A stretch of DNA of 64,000 nt from an uncultured Eubacteriales bacterium (GTDB taxonomy: Bacteria; Bacillota; Clostridia; Oscillospirales; Acutalibacteraceae), in NCBI GenBank assembly GCA_934561055.1, contig CAKTFN010000007.1, forward strand, positions 25,241-89,240, read 5' to 3'. The position numbers and the translations under genes were made by a program. This document shows positions 56,651 through 64,000 of this stretch, in pieces. Numbering within the stretch: the first letter of the stretch is position 1; each line of letters begins with the position of its first letter. The notes under the pieces are model-generated. The model searched no databases, was not told the origin of the DNA, and saw nothing but the letters and a program-made list of their open reading frames with translations.

Positions 56651-57904
56651 TCAAATTTTGAGTTCATAGTTGTTTCCGCCTGTGCAGGCAACGGCGCCGC
56701 CGATTTCAAGTTCGGTCAAAGCAATCAGAACCGAGCGCACCGGAAGCGAGCTTTTTCTGATTATCTCATCAAGGGACGAACAGCCGCATTTCATTACATT
56801 ATACACCAAAGAAGCGTTTTTAGAAACACCTTGAAGCTCGGTTTTTAATTTTTTCGGATTTTCATCTTTTTCCTTCGGAAAAGCCTTTTCGGTCCGTTCG
56901 GTTTTCACGGATTCAACGGGCTTTGCTTTTTTGCTTTTTCCAAAAGGAAAAACGTCGATTCCTTCAAACGGAACCTTCGGTTCACCGAATAAAAACTCCT
57001 GTCTTCCGGCAATTTCAAATTTGTATCTTTCAAGAACATCAGCAGCCGAAAAAACAGCGTGCGCCCCGTCGATTATGAGCTTGTTTGAGCCGGCGTAGGA
57101 AACGCTTGAAACGTCACCGGGAACGGCAAAAATATCTCTTTGCTGTTTTTTTGCGTGGGCGGCAGTATTGAGCGTTCCGCTTTTAAGATTCGCTTCAATA
57201 ATCACAACTCCGTCCGAAACGCCGGAAATTATGCGGTTGCGAAGCGGAAAATAGCCTTTTCCCGAAGCCGTGAACGGCGGATATTCGGTAATCGTTGCGC
57301 CGTGTCTCGTGACCTCTTCACGAAGCGGAGCGTTCTCCGAAAGATACTTTGAATCGTGACCGCAGCCCATTACAAGAACGGTTTTTGCGTTTTCTTCAAT
57401 TGCGCTTTTGTGAGCGATGCTGTCAATTCCGAGCGCACCGCCGCTGACAATCACCGTGCCGCTCTTCGCAAGACCGCCGGCAATCTGTTTTGCCGCCTTG
57501 ATTCCGTATTCCGAAGGTTTCCTCGTTCCGATGACGCCGAGTGAAAGAGCCGAATCGTTGAGACAGGAAATGTCTCCCTTCACAAAAAGAGCGAGCGGAT
57601 AATTTTGAATGAGCAAAAGCTTTTGCGGATAAAGAGGATCGTCCGGCGTTATTATGCTTATGTAATTTTTGTCGCAATATTCGATAATGCGTTTTCCGGC
57701 TTCGATATTGACCGTTTCAAGCCTTTTGAAGCCTTGGGGAGCGAGACCGAAAAAGCCTTCGGAAAATGCACCTGAAAGTCTCAAATCCCGGGTTCCCGTT
57801 TCATAAACATTCCGTGCGTTTCCGAAGGACGCAAGGAGCGCATTTGTGTTTGCGCCGAAGCCGAGTCCGGCCTGAAGCCAGAGCCAATATAATCTTTTGT
57901 CCAA
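56651..57904 (-). CDS. dprA: DNA-processing protein DprA
   Basis: Rossmann-like core GTRKPS.YG...VSGGALGIDS..H and a C-terminal winged helix. TTG start preceded by GAGGAGGAAG. Confidence 0.9.
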   Translation of the reverse strand: MDKRLYWLWLQAGLGFGANTNALLASFGNARNVYETGTRDLRLSGAFSEGFFGLAPQGFKRLETVNIEAGKRIIEYCDKNYISIITPDDPLYPQKLLLIQNYPLALFVKGDISCLNDSALSLGVIGTRKPSEYGIKAAKQIAGGLAKSGTVIVSGGALGIDSIAHKSAIEENAKTVLVMGCGHDSKYLSENAPLREEVTRHGATITEYPPFTASGKGYFPLRNRIISGVSDGVVIIEANLKSGTLNTAAHAKKQQRDIFAVPGDVSSVSYAGSNKLIIDGAHAVFSAADVLERYKFEIAGRQEFLFGEPKVPFEGIDVFPFGKSKKAKPVESVKTERTEKAFPKEKDENPKKLKTELQGVSKNASLVYNVMKCGCSSLDEIIRKSSLPVRSVLIALTELEIGGAVACTGGNNYELKI

Positions 57905-57924
57905 AAATCTTCCTCCTCAAAGCG

Positions 57925-58707
57925 TCAGGAACGCATAATTTCCCACATCGTGATTGCCGCCGCAACAGAAGCGTTGAGCGATTCCGCACGGCCTTTCATC
58001 GGTATCGTCATGCTTTCGCAGGAAGCAAAAATCTTTTCGCTCACGCCGTTTCCTTCGTTTCCGACAACGGCGATAACCGAGCCGCTCATGTCGCATTCGG
58101 TGATGAGCTTTGCGTCCTTAAAAGGCGTTGTCGCATACGCTTTGAAGCCGCTTTTTCGGCATTTTTCAATGAGATTGCAAAGGTTATCCGTCCGAACCAC
58201 CGGAAGGCGCAAAAGCGAGCCCATTGCCGCCCGCTGAGCCTTCGGATTATAAATATCGCATCCGTTTTCCGCAATGAGCGCCGTAATTCCGAGCGCCTCT
58301 GCGGTTCGGCTGATTGCGCCGAGGTTTGAAGGGTCTTGAATGTTTTCGAGCGCAATGAACTTTCCGCCGGAAAGAACAACTTCTTCGCCTTTTTCGCAAA
58401 GAAACGGACAGACGCAGAAAAATCCCTGCGGATTTTGAGTGTCGCTCATTTTAAGCGCAGCTGATTTTGAAATCAAAAATGCCTGTTCGGCTTTTGACGA
58501 AATGAACTCAACGTCGCTTTCGTGCTTTTCAAGAGCGTTTTCGGTGTAAAAAAAGTTCTTGATCAAAACGCCGCACTCGGCCGCATCACGGCAAAGGCGA
58601 AGCCCTTCAAGAAAAAACTCCCGCCTTTCCTTTCGTTCCTTTGACGAGGAGGAAAGCTTTGCGGCGCTTTTGATTTTTTCGTTCGATGCGCTTTCAATCA
58701 CGTTCAT
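57925..58707 (-). CDS. TrmH/SpoU family RNA 2-prime-O-methyltransferase
   Basis: SpoU motifs ENIQDPSNLGAISRTA, VVGNEGNGVS and SLNASVAAAI. ATG at 58707 after GAAAGGAGGAG. Confidence 0.85.
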   Translation of the reverse strand: MNVIESASNEKIKSAAKLSSSSKERKERREFFLEGLRLCRDAAECGVLIKNFFYTENALEKHESDVEFISSKAEQAFLISKSAALKMSDTQNPQGFFCVCPFLCEKGEEVVLSGGKFIALENIQDPSNLGAISRTAEALGITALIAENGCDIYNPKAQRAAMGSLLRLPVVRTDNLCNLIEKCRKSGFKAYATTPFKDAKLITECDMSGSVIAVVGNEGNGVSEKIFASCESMTIPMKGRAESLNASVAAAITMWEIMRS

Positions 58708-58726
58708 TCTCCTTCTCCTCCTTTCG

Positions 58727-58768
58727 CAAGAAAAAAGACAAATACGCCCGAGAGATTTTCTCGGACGC
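58727..58768 (-). terminator. rho-independent terminator of the infC-rpmI-rplT operon
   Basis: Minus strand reads CGTCCGAGA-AAAT-CTCTCGGGCG followed by TATTTGTCTTTTTTCTT. Confidence 0.7.
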
Positions 58769-58779
58769 ATAAAAGTCAA

Positions 58780-59133
58780 TTAAAGAGCAGCCTTTGCCTT
58801 TTCAACAAGAGCGGTGAAAGCAGCGGGATCTGCGATTGCGATCTCTGAAAGCATCTTTCTGTTAAGAGTGATGCCGGCCTTCTTGAGTCCGTTGATGAAA
58901 GTTGAGTAGTTGGTTCCGTTAGCCTTGCAAGCAGCGGAAATTCTTGTGATCCAAAGGCGGCGGAAGTCACGCTTTTTCTGCTTTCTTCCGATGTATGCAT
59001 AATTTCCGCTCTTCATAACGGCCTGCTTAGCCGTCTTGAAGAGGCTGTGCTTTGAGCCGTAATAGCCCTTAGCAAGCTTCAAAACTTTATTTCTTCTCTT
59101 ACGAGTCATCATTGCGCCTTTAATACGTGCCAT
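58780..59133 (-). CDS. rplT: 50S ribosomal protein L20
   Basis: [29 protein letters not shown]. Confidence 0.97.
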   Translation of the reverse strand: MARIKGAMMTRKRRNKVLKLAKGYYGSKHSLFKTAKQAVMKSGNYAYIGRKQKKRDFRRLWITRISAACKANGTNYSTFINGLKKAGITLNRKMLSEIAIADPAAFTALVEKAKAAL

Positions 59134-59196
59134 GATAAAGTACCTCCGTTATAATGTTTAAATTCTCTGAAATCAGAAGTTGTTAAAAAGTATATC

Positions 59197-59394
59197 TTAT
59201 TTGTAAGGAACGAGACGTTTGATCTGCTTCTGATTTGTAACGTCGGCAACTTCTGTCTTGCGAAGATTTCTCTTGCGCTTTGTGCTCTTCTTGGTAAGAA
59301 TGTGTGATTTGTAAGCGTGGCCGCGCATCGGCTTTCCGTTCTTAGAGAGCTTAAAACGCTTTTTTGCTCCGCTGTGAGTTTTAATCTTAGGCAT
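59197..59394 (-). CDS. rpmI: 50S ribosomal protein L35
   Basis: [21 protein letters not shown]. Confidence 0.97.
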   Translation of the reverse strand: MPKIKTHSGAKKRFKLSKNGKPMRGHAYKSHILTKKSTKRKRNLRKTEVADVTNQKQIKRLVPYK

Positions 59395-59411
59395 GATTCT
59401 TCCTCCTGTAA

Positions 59412-59936
59412 TTACTTTTTTGTTTTCGGTGCAAGGAACATCTGCATTGAACGGCCTTCGAGTTTTGCCGGTTTTTCAATCGAGCTGAACTCCGAGCAGG
59501 CATCGGCAAAATTACTCATTGTCACAAGTCCGTTTTCGGGGTGAGCCATTTCACGCCCACGGAAGCGGATTGAAACCTTGACCTTGTTTCCGCTTTCAAG
59601 GAAGCGCTTTGCGTGGTTGACCTTTGTTTCAAAGTCATGGGTATCGATATTGAGAGAAAGTCTGATTTCTTTAATTTCGATCACACGCTGATTTTTCTTT
59701 GCTTCTTTTTCGCGTTTGGTCTGTTCAAAGCGATATTTTCCGTAATCCATGATTTTGCACACCGGCGGCTTTGCCTGGGGAGCAATTTTGACGAGATCAA
59801 GATTTTTTTCCTCAGCGATTTTCAATGCTTCCGAGGCAGACATGATGCCGATAAGCTCACCGTCTGCGGCTACGACGCGAAGTTCTCTGTCGCGGATTTC
59901 TTCATTGATCTGCATTTCTTTGATAGCGATGTTCAT
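59412..59936 (-). CDS. infC: translation initiation factor IF-3
   Basis: [13 protein letters not shown]...LDLV.I......[11 protein letters not shown]. An ATG start is available at 59936. Confidence 0.95.
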   Translation of the reverse strand: MNIAIKEMQINEEIRDRELRVVAADGELIGIMSASEALKIAEEKNLDLVKIAPQAKPPVCKIMDYGKYRFEQTKREKEAKKNQRVIEIKEIRLSLNIDTHDFETKVNHAKRFLESGNKVKVSIRFRGREMAHPENGLVTMSNFADACSEFSSIEKPAKLEGRSMQMFLAPKTKK

Positions 59937-59944
59937 ACACCTCC

Positions 59945-60080
59945 AAAAAATTCTCTAAAACAAAAGCGTGAACAGAGTTTTTCCGTTCACGCACAATAAG
60001 ACTTAAAAAGAAAGTTTATTGACCTTCAAAAACAAAATTCGGAAGGTGAGAACGAAACAATGCTCTGCTTTGTTGCCTGA
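59945..60080 (-). ncRNA. candidate L20 leader (ribosomal-protein autoregulatory attenuator) upstream of infC
   Basis: 5-prime UTR of about 140 nt ending in the terminator hairpin GCGTGAAC..GTTCACGC plus TTTTGTTTT (about 59955..59992). The position matches the Firmicute L20 leader. I did not verify the 23S-mimic helix. Confidence 0.55.
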
Positions 60081-60082
60081 AC

Positions 60083-60111
60083 ATAATACTACCTTCTTCT
60101 TTTTTTGTCAA
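60083..60111 (-). promoter_or_regulatory. sigma-A promoter for infC-rpmI-rplT
   Basis: Minus strand reads TTGACA, a 17-nt spacer, then TATTAT. Confidence 0.7.
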
Positions 60112-60149
60112 GGGTTTTTGGAAAACTTTTTCTGCTTTCTCTCATATTG

Positions 60150-61310
60150 TTAGCAAGAAAAAAGATTTTTAAACCATTCAAAAATTTTAATAAAAAAATT
60201 CCTTATTTTGTCCGCAACCGACTGTTCAACGGTTTCTTGAGATTCTTGCGGAAAAAGAGCGTTGAAGCGGGACACCGCCTCCTCGTCGTCCGGCGAATAA
60301 ACGTCAAAGTATGTAAGGCAATACGTCCGATAGTTTTCCGGCTCGTCCTCGTTAAGAACAAAAACACGAGAGCCGATATTTTTTCCGTGGTAGTCGTAAA
60401 CACCGATTCCCGGCGTATTAATAATGTCGATTCCCTCACGGTGAACAACAAAGGCGTTTATATGGTCGTGACCCGAAACGGTTGCAAGAACGTCGCCCTG
60501 CCTTTTAAAAGCCTCAAACTGACCGTTGTTGTATTTCGGCGGACACGGCTCTTCGTTAATTTCTCCGACTGCGCCTTCTGGCAGCACCCACTTTCCGTCA
60601 ACCTTTTTAACCTCTTCAAAAATCTCCGGAACTATAATATGCTGAAAGCTGATTGCGGGAATATTCCTTCCGCCGTTTTGGCTGCGAAGGGCGGCGCAGG
60701 CGTTTTCGTACCATTTAATCTGATCCTTATGAACGCAGGCATAACCGCCGCCGATGGTTTCATCGTTATTTTCGCCCGAATCAAAGAACCAAAGGTTGAA
60801 GGCCGTTCGGCTTTCGTCCGAGGAAAGAATCGGAAGATTGTAATTTCCGACTCTGTTTTTTGAAACAAAGCCCGCTTTTCCGACAAAGCAGGAATAAGTT
60901 TCATAAAAGCTCATCTGACGCTTTTTGTTGATTACGAGATTCATGTTGCTGTCGTGATTTCCGAAAACAATTGCAACGGGAACACCCTTCTTTTCAAAAA
61001 TCGACATATACTCGTTGATTGCCAGCTTGACTTTTTTCATAGTGTAGATATCGGCGCCGAAGATGTTATCTCCGGTGAGAACAACAAGGTCGGGATTGAC
61101 CTTTTCAAGCGTTTTTGAGATATAGTCCTTCGTCGTTCCGTTCATCGGGTATACGTCCTGAATGTCGCTGAAATTAAGAATCGTGAACGTTTTATCGCTC
61201 CGGAATTTCAGCGTTTTTGAACCCTCTGCCCCGGCAAAAAGAGCCGAGGATGAAGCTAAAACAAGCACGCACAAAAACAAACTTATAAATTTTTTTACCG
61301 TTTTCTTCAT
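60150..61310 (-). CDS. secreted calcineurin-like metallophosphoesterase
   Basis: Signal peptide (LFLCVLVLASSSALFAGA). Motifs FSDIQD, GDNIF, GNHD and GHDH. Confidence 0.85.
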   Translation of the reverse strand: MKKTVKKFISLFLCVLVLASSSALFAGAEGSKTLKFRSDKTFTILNFSDIQDVYPMNGTTKDYISKTLEKVNPDLVVLTGDNIFGADIYTMKKVKLAINEYMSIFEKKGVPVAIVFGNHDSNMNLVINKKRQMSFYETYSCFVGKAGFVSKNRVGNYNLPILSSDESRTAFNLWFFDSGENNDETIGGGYACVHKDQIKWYENACAALRSQNGGRNIPAISFQHIIVPEIFEEVKKVDGKWVLPEGAVGEINEEPCPPKYNNGQFEAFKRQGDVLATVSGHDHINAFVVHREGIDIINTPGIGVYDYHGKNIGSRVFVLNEDEPENYRTYCLTYFDVYSPDDEEAVSRFNALFPQESQETVEQSVADKIRNFFIKIFEWFKNLFSC

Positions 61311-61344
61311 AAAATCTCCTCCGTTAAGAATGTTTTATATTTTT

Positions 61345-61373
61345 ATTGTATCGCAAAAAACGACAAATGTCAA
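61345..61373 (-). promoter_or_regulatory. sigma-A promoter for the metallophosphoesterase gene
   Basis: Minus strand reads TTGACA, a 17-nt spacer, then TACAAT. Confidence 0.7.
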
Positions 61374-61398
61374 CAACACGACACAAAACTTTTTCGGT

Positions 61399-61436
61399 TT
61401 AAAAAAACGCCGTCGAACACTGATTTCGCACGGCGC
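61399..61436 (-). terminator. probable terminator after the MBL gene
   Basis: Minus strand reads CGCCGT..ACGGCG (6-bp GC-rich stem, 16-nt loop) followed by TTTTTTT. Confidence 0.5.
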
Positions 61437-61448
61437 TATATCAAAATT

Positions 61449-62471
61449 TCACATTGCGTGTTCACTGAGAACGATTTCGTTGCCGTCCGTGAACGTTGCG
61501 ATTATTCCGTTTCTGTTTACGCAAGAATAAATCGGAACCTTCGCCGTCACGGTGAGATTCCATTTTACGTTCGGATAAATCTTTCCGAGATAGTTCGTTA
61601 CGATTGCGATTTTCGGAGTCAGCTTTTTAAGAAAGCTCCTTGAGGACGAGCCGAAGTAGCCGTGGTGACCGATTTTAAGAAGGTCAACATGGCCGATTGA
61701 GTCGCCGTAATAACGCTCAAGTCCCGATTTTGCCGTGAAATCTGCGGCGAGAAAGGCCGTGCGCTCCCCCTTCGTCAGCTTCACGCCGACGCTTGAGGCG
61801 TTTTCTCCGTTGCCTTTAAGCTCCTGCGGAGTCACCGTGTTGAAAAACTTCACTTTGAAATCGCCGAACATGAACTCTTCGTCGGGAAGATTTTGAATTG
61901 TTGGAACCTTTTTTTCCTTCAGTGCGGCCATGATTGCGTCATAGGTTTGAGTGTTCCCCCAGCCTTCGCTTTCAAGACGTGTTCCGACGCTTCTGTCAAA
62001 AACCTTGAAAAACGCCTTGTCAATCACGATATCGTCGTTTTTAATTATCTCTTCAAAATTTCCGTAATGGTCATAATGGCAGTGCGTTCCGAGAATAAAA
62101 TCAAGATGAACCTTTCCGTCCTCTTTTGTCGCAACCTTTTTGAGATAGTTTATAACATCGTCACGATAGCCGTGATATTCGGTTTTCTTCCTCGGGTTAT
62201 GATTTCCCTCTCCGGAATCGACAAGGGCAAAATGTCCGTTGCTTTCAATGAGAATGCAGTCGGAGTTTGCCGTGTTGAGAAAATGGATGCGATCGTTGCC
62301 GTTTTTGAGGTCAAATGTTTCCTCGGAAAACGTATATTCCTTTTCGTATTTATTGCAAAGAACGAGGGTATAAATATCGAGAAGAAAAACAGACGTCATT
62401 ATGAAAACCATAATCACCGTTGCAATTTTTTTTGCCCTTTGTTTTCCGTTTAAAGTCTTTTTTTCTTTCAT
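61449..62471 (-). CDS. membrane-anchored MBL-fold metallo-hydrolase (ComEC C-terminal-domain-like)
   Basis: N-terminal TM segment. SDCILIESNGHFALVDSGEG, ILGTHCHYDHYG, FLAADF and LLKIGHHGYFGSS resemble the ComEC/Rec2-type beta-lactamase fold. Confidence 0.8.
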   Translation of the reverse strand: MKEKKTLNGKQRAKKIATVIMVFIMTSVFLLDIYTLVLCNKYEKEYTFSEETFDLKNGNDRIHFLNTANSDCILIESNGHFALVDSGEGNHNPRKKTEYHGYRDDVINYLKKVATKEDGKVHLDFILGTHCHYDHYGNFEEIIKNDDIVIDKAFFKVFDRSVGTRLESEGWGNTQTYDAIMAALKEKKVPTIQNLPDEEFMFGDFKVKFFNTVTPQELKGNGENASSVGVKLTKGERTAFLAADFTAKSGLERYYGDSIGHVDLLKIGHHGYFGSSSRSFLKKLTPKIAIVTNYLGKIYPNVKWNLTVTAKVPIYSCVNRNGIIATFTDGNEIVLSEHAM

Positions 62472-63625
62472 TTTTTCATCCTCCCGAATGCGGCGGAAAT
62501 CAGTACGCAGATGAGCGACGCCGTGAACACATCGGCAAAAACAAAGCCGAGCGCACAGACGAAAAAGGAAACGATTCCGATTATGCTGCGTTCCTTGAAG
62601 GCAGGGGCGGCAAGCCTGAATTCAACGCTTTTCCACGCCGAAACGATGAAAACAACCGCAAGCGAATGAAGCGGAATTCTTGAAATGAGCGCCGGACAGA
62701 AAACGGCAAAAAGCGTTGTCACCGCAAGAGCGGTAACCGCGGAAACGGGCGTATAAACCGTAATTTCGCTTTCGGTTGCCGGAAGTCCGCCGAAAAGCGA
62801 AGAAACGCTTCCCTGTGAAGCGGAAACAATCGAATTCTTTTTTTGAAGCGGTTTGAAAAGAGCGAAAATAACAGCTATGGCAAACGCTCCCTTCAAAACG
62901 AAGAGAATACTCTCTCCTTCAGAAACCGCCGAAAAATCCGCAATCGGGAAAAACGCTTTGAAGCCCGAAAGTGCTTTCATATCCGAAAGCGCACCGACTT
63001 CAAGAATCGGCGTTGATTCTCCGTCCGGATTGAGAAAGAGGTTGAGCAAAAGCGGAACGGCAACCGAAAAAACTTCTGCCGGAAGATACTTTGAAAGCTT
63101 TTTGAACTTTCTCGGATAGGTTATCATCGCAAAAAGAGTTATTGTTCCGTAAAATACGCCTCGCCAATTCGGATGGAAGCCGAGATAGCGGTAATTTTTG
63201 AGAATTTCAAACGTATATGCTCCGGTTGCACCGATTCCGAAATAATACGTCGTCAAAAGTGCCGTCACGGAAAAGGCAAGACCGAAGCCCGCACCGGCTC
63301 TGACTTCGGGCGAAAATCCGATTTCTTTCGGCGAAAGCGAAAGAAGAAGAAAAAGTACCGAACCGGCAAGAACCGCAAGCGGCAAGCCGCCTTTTCCAAC
63401 GGTTCCGGCAACAAAAATCAGCGGAACAATAAGAAAAGTGTTCGGAGCGAGTATTTTTTTATCGAGAGAAACCGAAACCGCCGCGCAGAAAACAGCCGTT
63501 ATGAGAGCGTAATACACGTTCATCGAAAGGCAGGAGCAGGCCGCAAGGGCGCAAAAGAAGATTTTTCCCGCCGCCGTAAGACCGAAATCGGTTTCGGTAA
63601 GTATTTTTCTTTGTTGTTCTTTCAT
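62468..63625 (-). CDS. polytopic membrane protein, possibly a degenerate SulP-like permease core without a STAS domain
   Basis: About 10-12 TM segments. Weak by-eye resemblance to the SulP transmembrane domain (NWRGVFYGTITLFAMITYPRKFKKLSKYLPAEVFSVAVPLLL). The stop overlaps the MBL start (ATGA). Confidence 0.5.
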   Translation of the reverse strand: MKEQQRKILTETDFGLTAAGKIFFCALAACSCLSMNVYYALITAVFCAAVSVSLDKKILAPNTFLIVPLIFVAGTVGKGGLPLAVLAGSVLFLLLSLSPKEIGFSPEVRAGAGFGLAFSVTALLTTYYFGIGATGAYTFEILKNYRYLGFHPNWRGVFYGTITLFAMITYPRKFKKLSKYLPAEVFSVAVPLLLNLFLNPDGESTPILEVGALSDMKALSGFKAFFPIADFSAVSEGESILFVLKGAFAIAVIFALFKPLQKKNSIVSASQGSVSSLFGGLPATESEITVYTPVSAVTALAVTTLFAVFCPALISRIPLHSLAVVFIVSAWKSVEFRLAAPAFKERSIIGIVSFFVCALGFVFADVFTASLICVLISAAFGRMKK

Positions 63626-63658
63626 CAGCTACACCTTGTATCATCAAAATCAGCTAAT

Positions 63659-63701
63659 ACTATACACGATTTATACAAAAATAGCAAGTCTTTTTTGTAT
63701 A
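63659..63701 (-). promoter_or_regulatory. sigma-A promoter with a 10-bp inverted repeat bracketing the -35 box
   Basis: Minus strand reads TTGCTA, a 17-nt spacer, then TATAGT. The arms TATACAAAAA and TTTTTGTATA flank the -35 hexamer. Confidence 0.55.
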
Positions 63702-63807
63702 GACTGATAAAAAATACGCTCGAAAGCAAGGGCAAATTTTTTTGCTTTCGCTTCCTTTTTTTGCCGTTTGCGGCGAAGCGCAAACCGAAATTCACCTTGA
63801 AAAGCGC

Positions 63808-63862
63808 AAAAAAATCCCCTCGCAAAAGCGTTCGCTTCGGCCTTTTGCGAGGGGCGTTTTTT
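63808..63862. terminator. bidirectional terminator
   Basis: 13-bp stem CCCCTCGCAAAAG / CTTTTGCGAGGGG, flanked by an A-run and a T-run. Confidence 0.8.
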
Positions 63863-64000
63863 ATGTTTCGCTTGCGATTTGAACGATGTTGTTAATCACA
63901 AACTGCTGGGCTGCGGCGTTATATACCGTTTTTTTATACGGTACACCGGTAAAGCTGACCGCATCGACGGTGAAAATTCCGATCGACTCGCCTTTGGGCG
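63861..64000 (-). CDS. 3-prime end of an unidentified gene (the rest lies outside the window)
   Basis: This minus-strand frame is open from the window edge to the TAA at 63861..63863, which abuts the terminator. It reads ..PKGESIGIFTVDAVSFTGVPYKKTVYNAAAQQFVINNIVQIASET. I recognise no family. Confidence 0.4.
   Translation of the reverse strand, partial: PKGESIGIFTVDAVSFTGVPYKKTVYNAAAQQFVINNIVQIASET

Noticed and set aside
61449-63625. The membrane protein plus MBL pair interpreted as a split ComEC.
   Set aside because: I could not recognise ComEC competence-domain hallmarks or an OB-fold in the membrane protein. Only the MBL half is ComEC-like. I kept the pair as a finding but not as a split comEC.
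1-64000. A scan for tRNA/rRNA genes, CRISPR repeats, IS elements or transposases, integrases, toxin-antitoxin pairs, DnaA-box clusters and a dif site.
   Set aside because: I recognised none. No intergenic region is long or structured enough for a tRNA. There are no spaced direct-repeat arrays and no recombinase-like ORFs. Isolated TTATCC-like words do not cluster.

Overview
The window looks like a chromosomal segment of a Clostridia-type Firmicute, probably Oscillospiraceae/Ruminococcaceae-like. The evidence is Shine-Dalgarno-driven starts, sigma-A TTGACA/TATAAT promoters, hairpin plus T-run terminators, and the gene order nadD-yqeK-rsfS-leuS, rnc-smc-ftsY, dprA-topA-trmFO and infC-rpmI-rplT. 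I call 54 protein-coding genes. One of them, rpsU (58 aa), is absent from the ORF track. Two are cut by the window edges. From about 38.9 to 63.6 kb every gene except one small membrane-protein gene (38453..38977) is on the minus strand, and most of them are core housekeeping genes. The accessory-looking parts are 0.5-4.7 kb, 13.7-19 kb, 22-29 kb, 32-38.4 kb and 60-63.7 kb. I found no rRNA, tRNA, CRISPR array, transposase, integrase, prophage block or recognisable defence system. I cannot point to a clear new multi-gene system. The candidates most worth a second look are: (1) the glnN(GSIII)-asnB leader, which has a consensus promoter, two tandem terminator hairpins and an 11-nt direct repeat; (2) an OppA-type solute-binding lipoprotein co-transcribed with an MFS permease and no ABC components; (3) a lipoyl-domain-less E2-type acyltransferase divergent from a TraX gene across a 390-bp AT-rich spacer; (4) an orphan endolysin-like M23-like/SH3b gene with no signal peptide; (5) a translationally coupled SulP-like membrane protein and ComEC-type MBL hydrolase; (6) a NadD-YqeK fusion. 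CDS starts were refined from the ORF track by arithmetic plus RBS inspection. Small-motif coordinates were counted by hand and may be off by 1-2 nt. All family assignments come from motif recognition by eye, not database searches.
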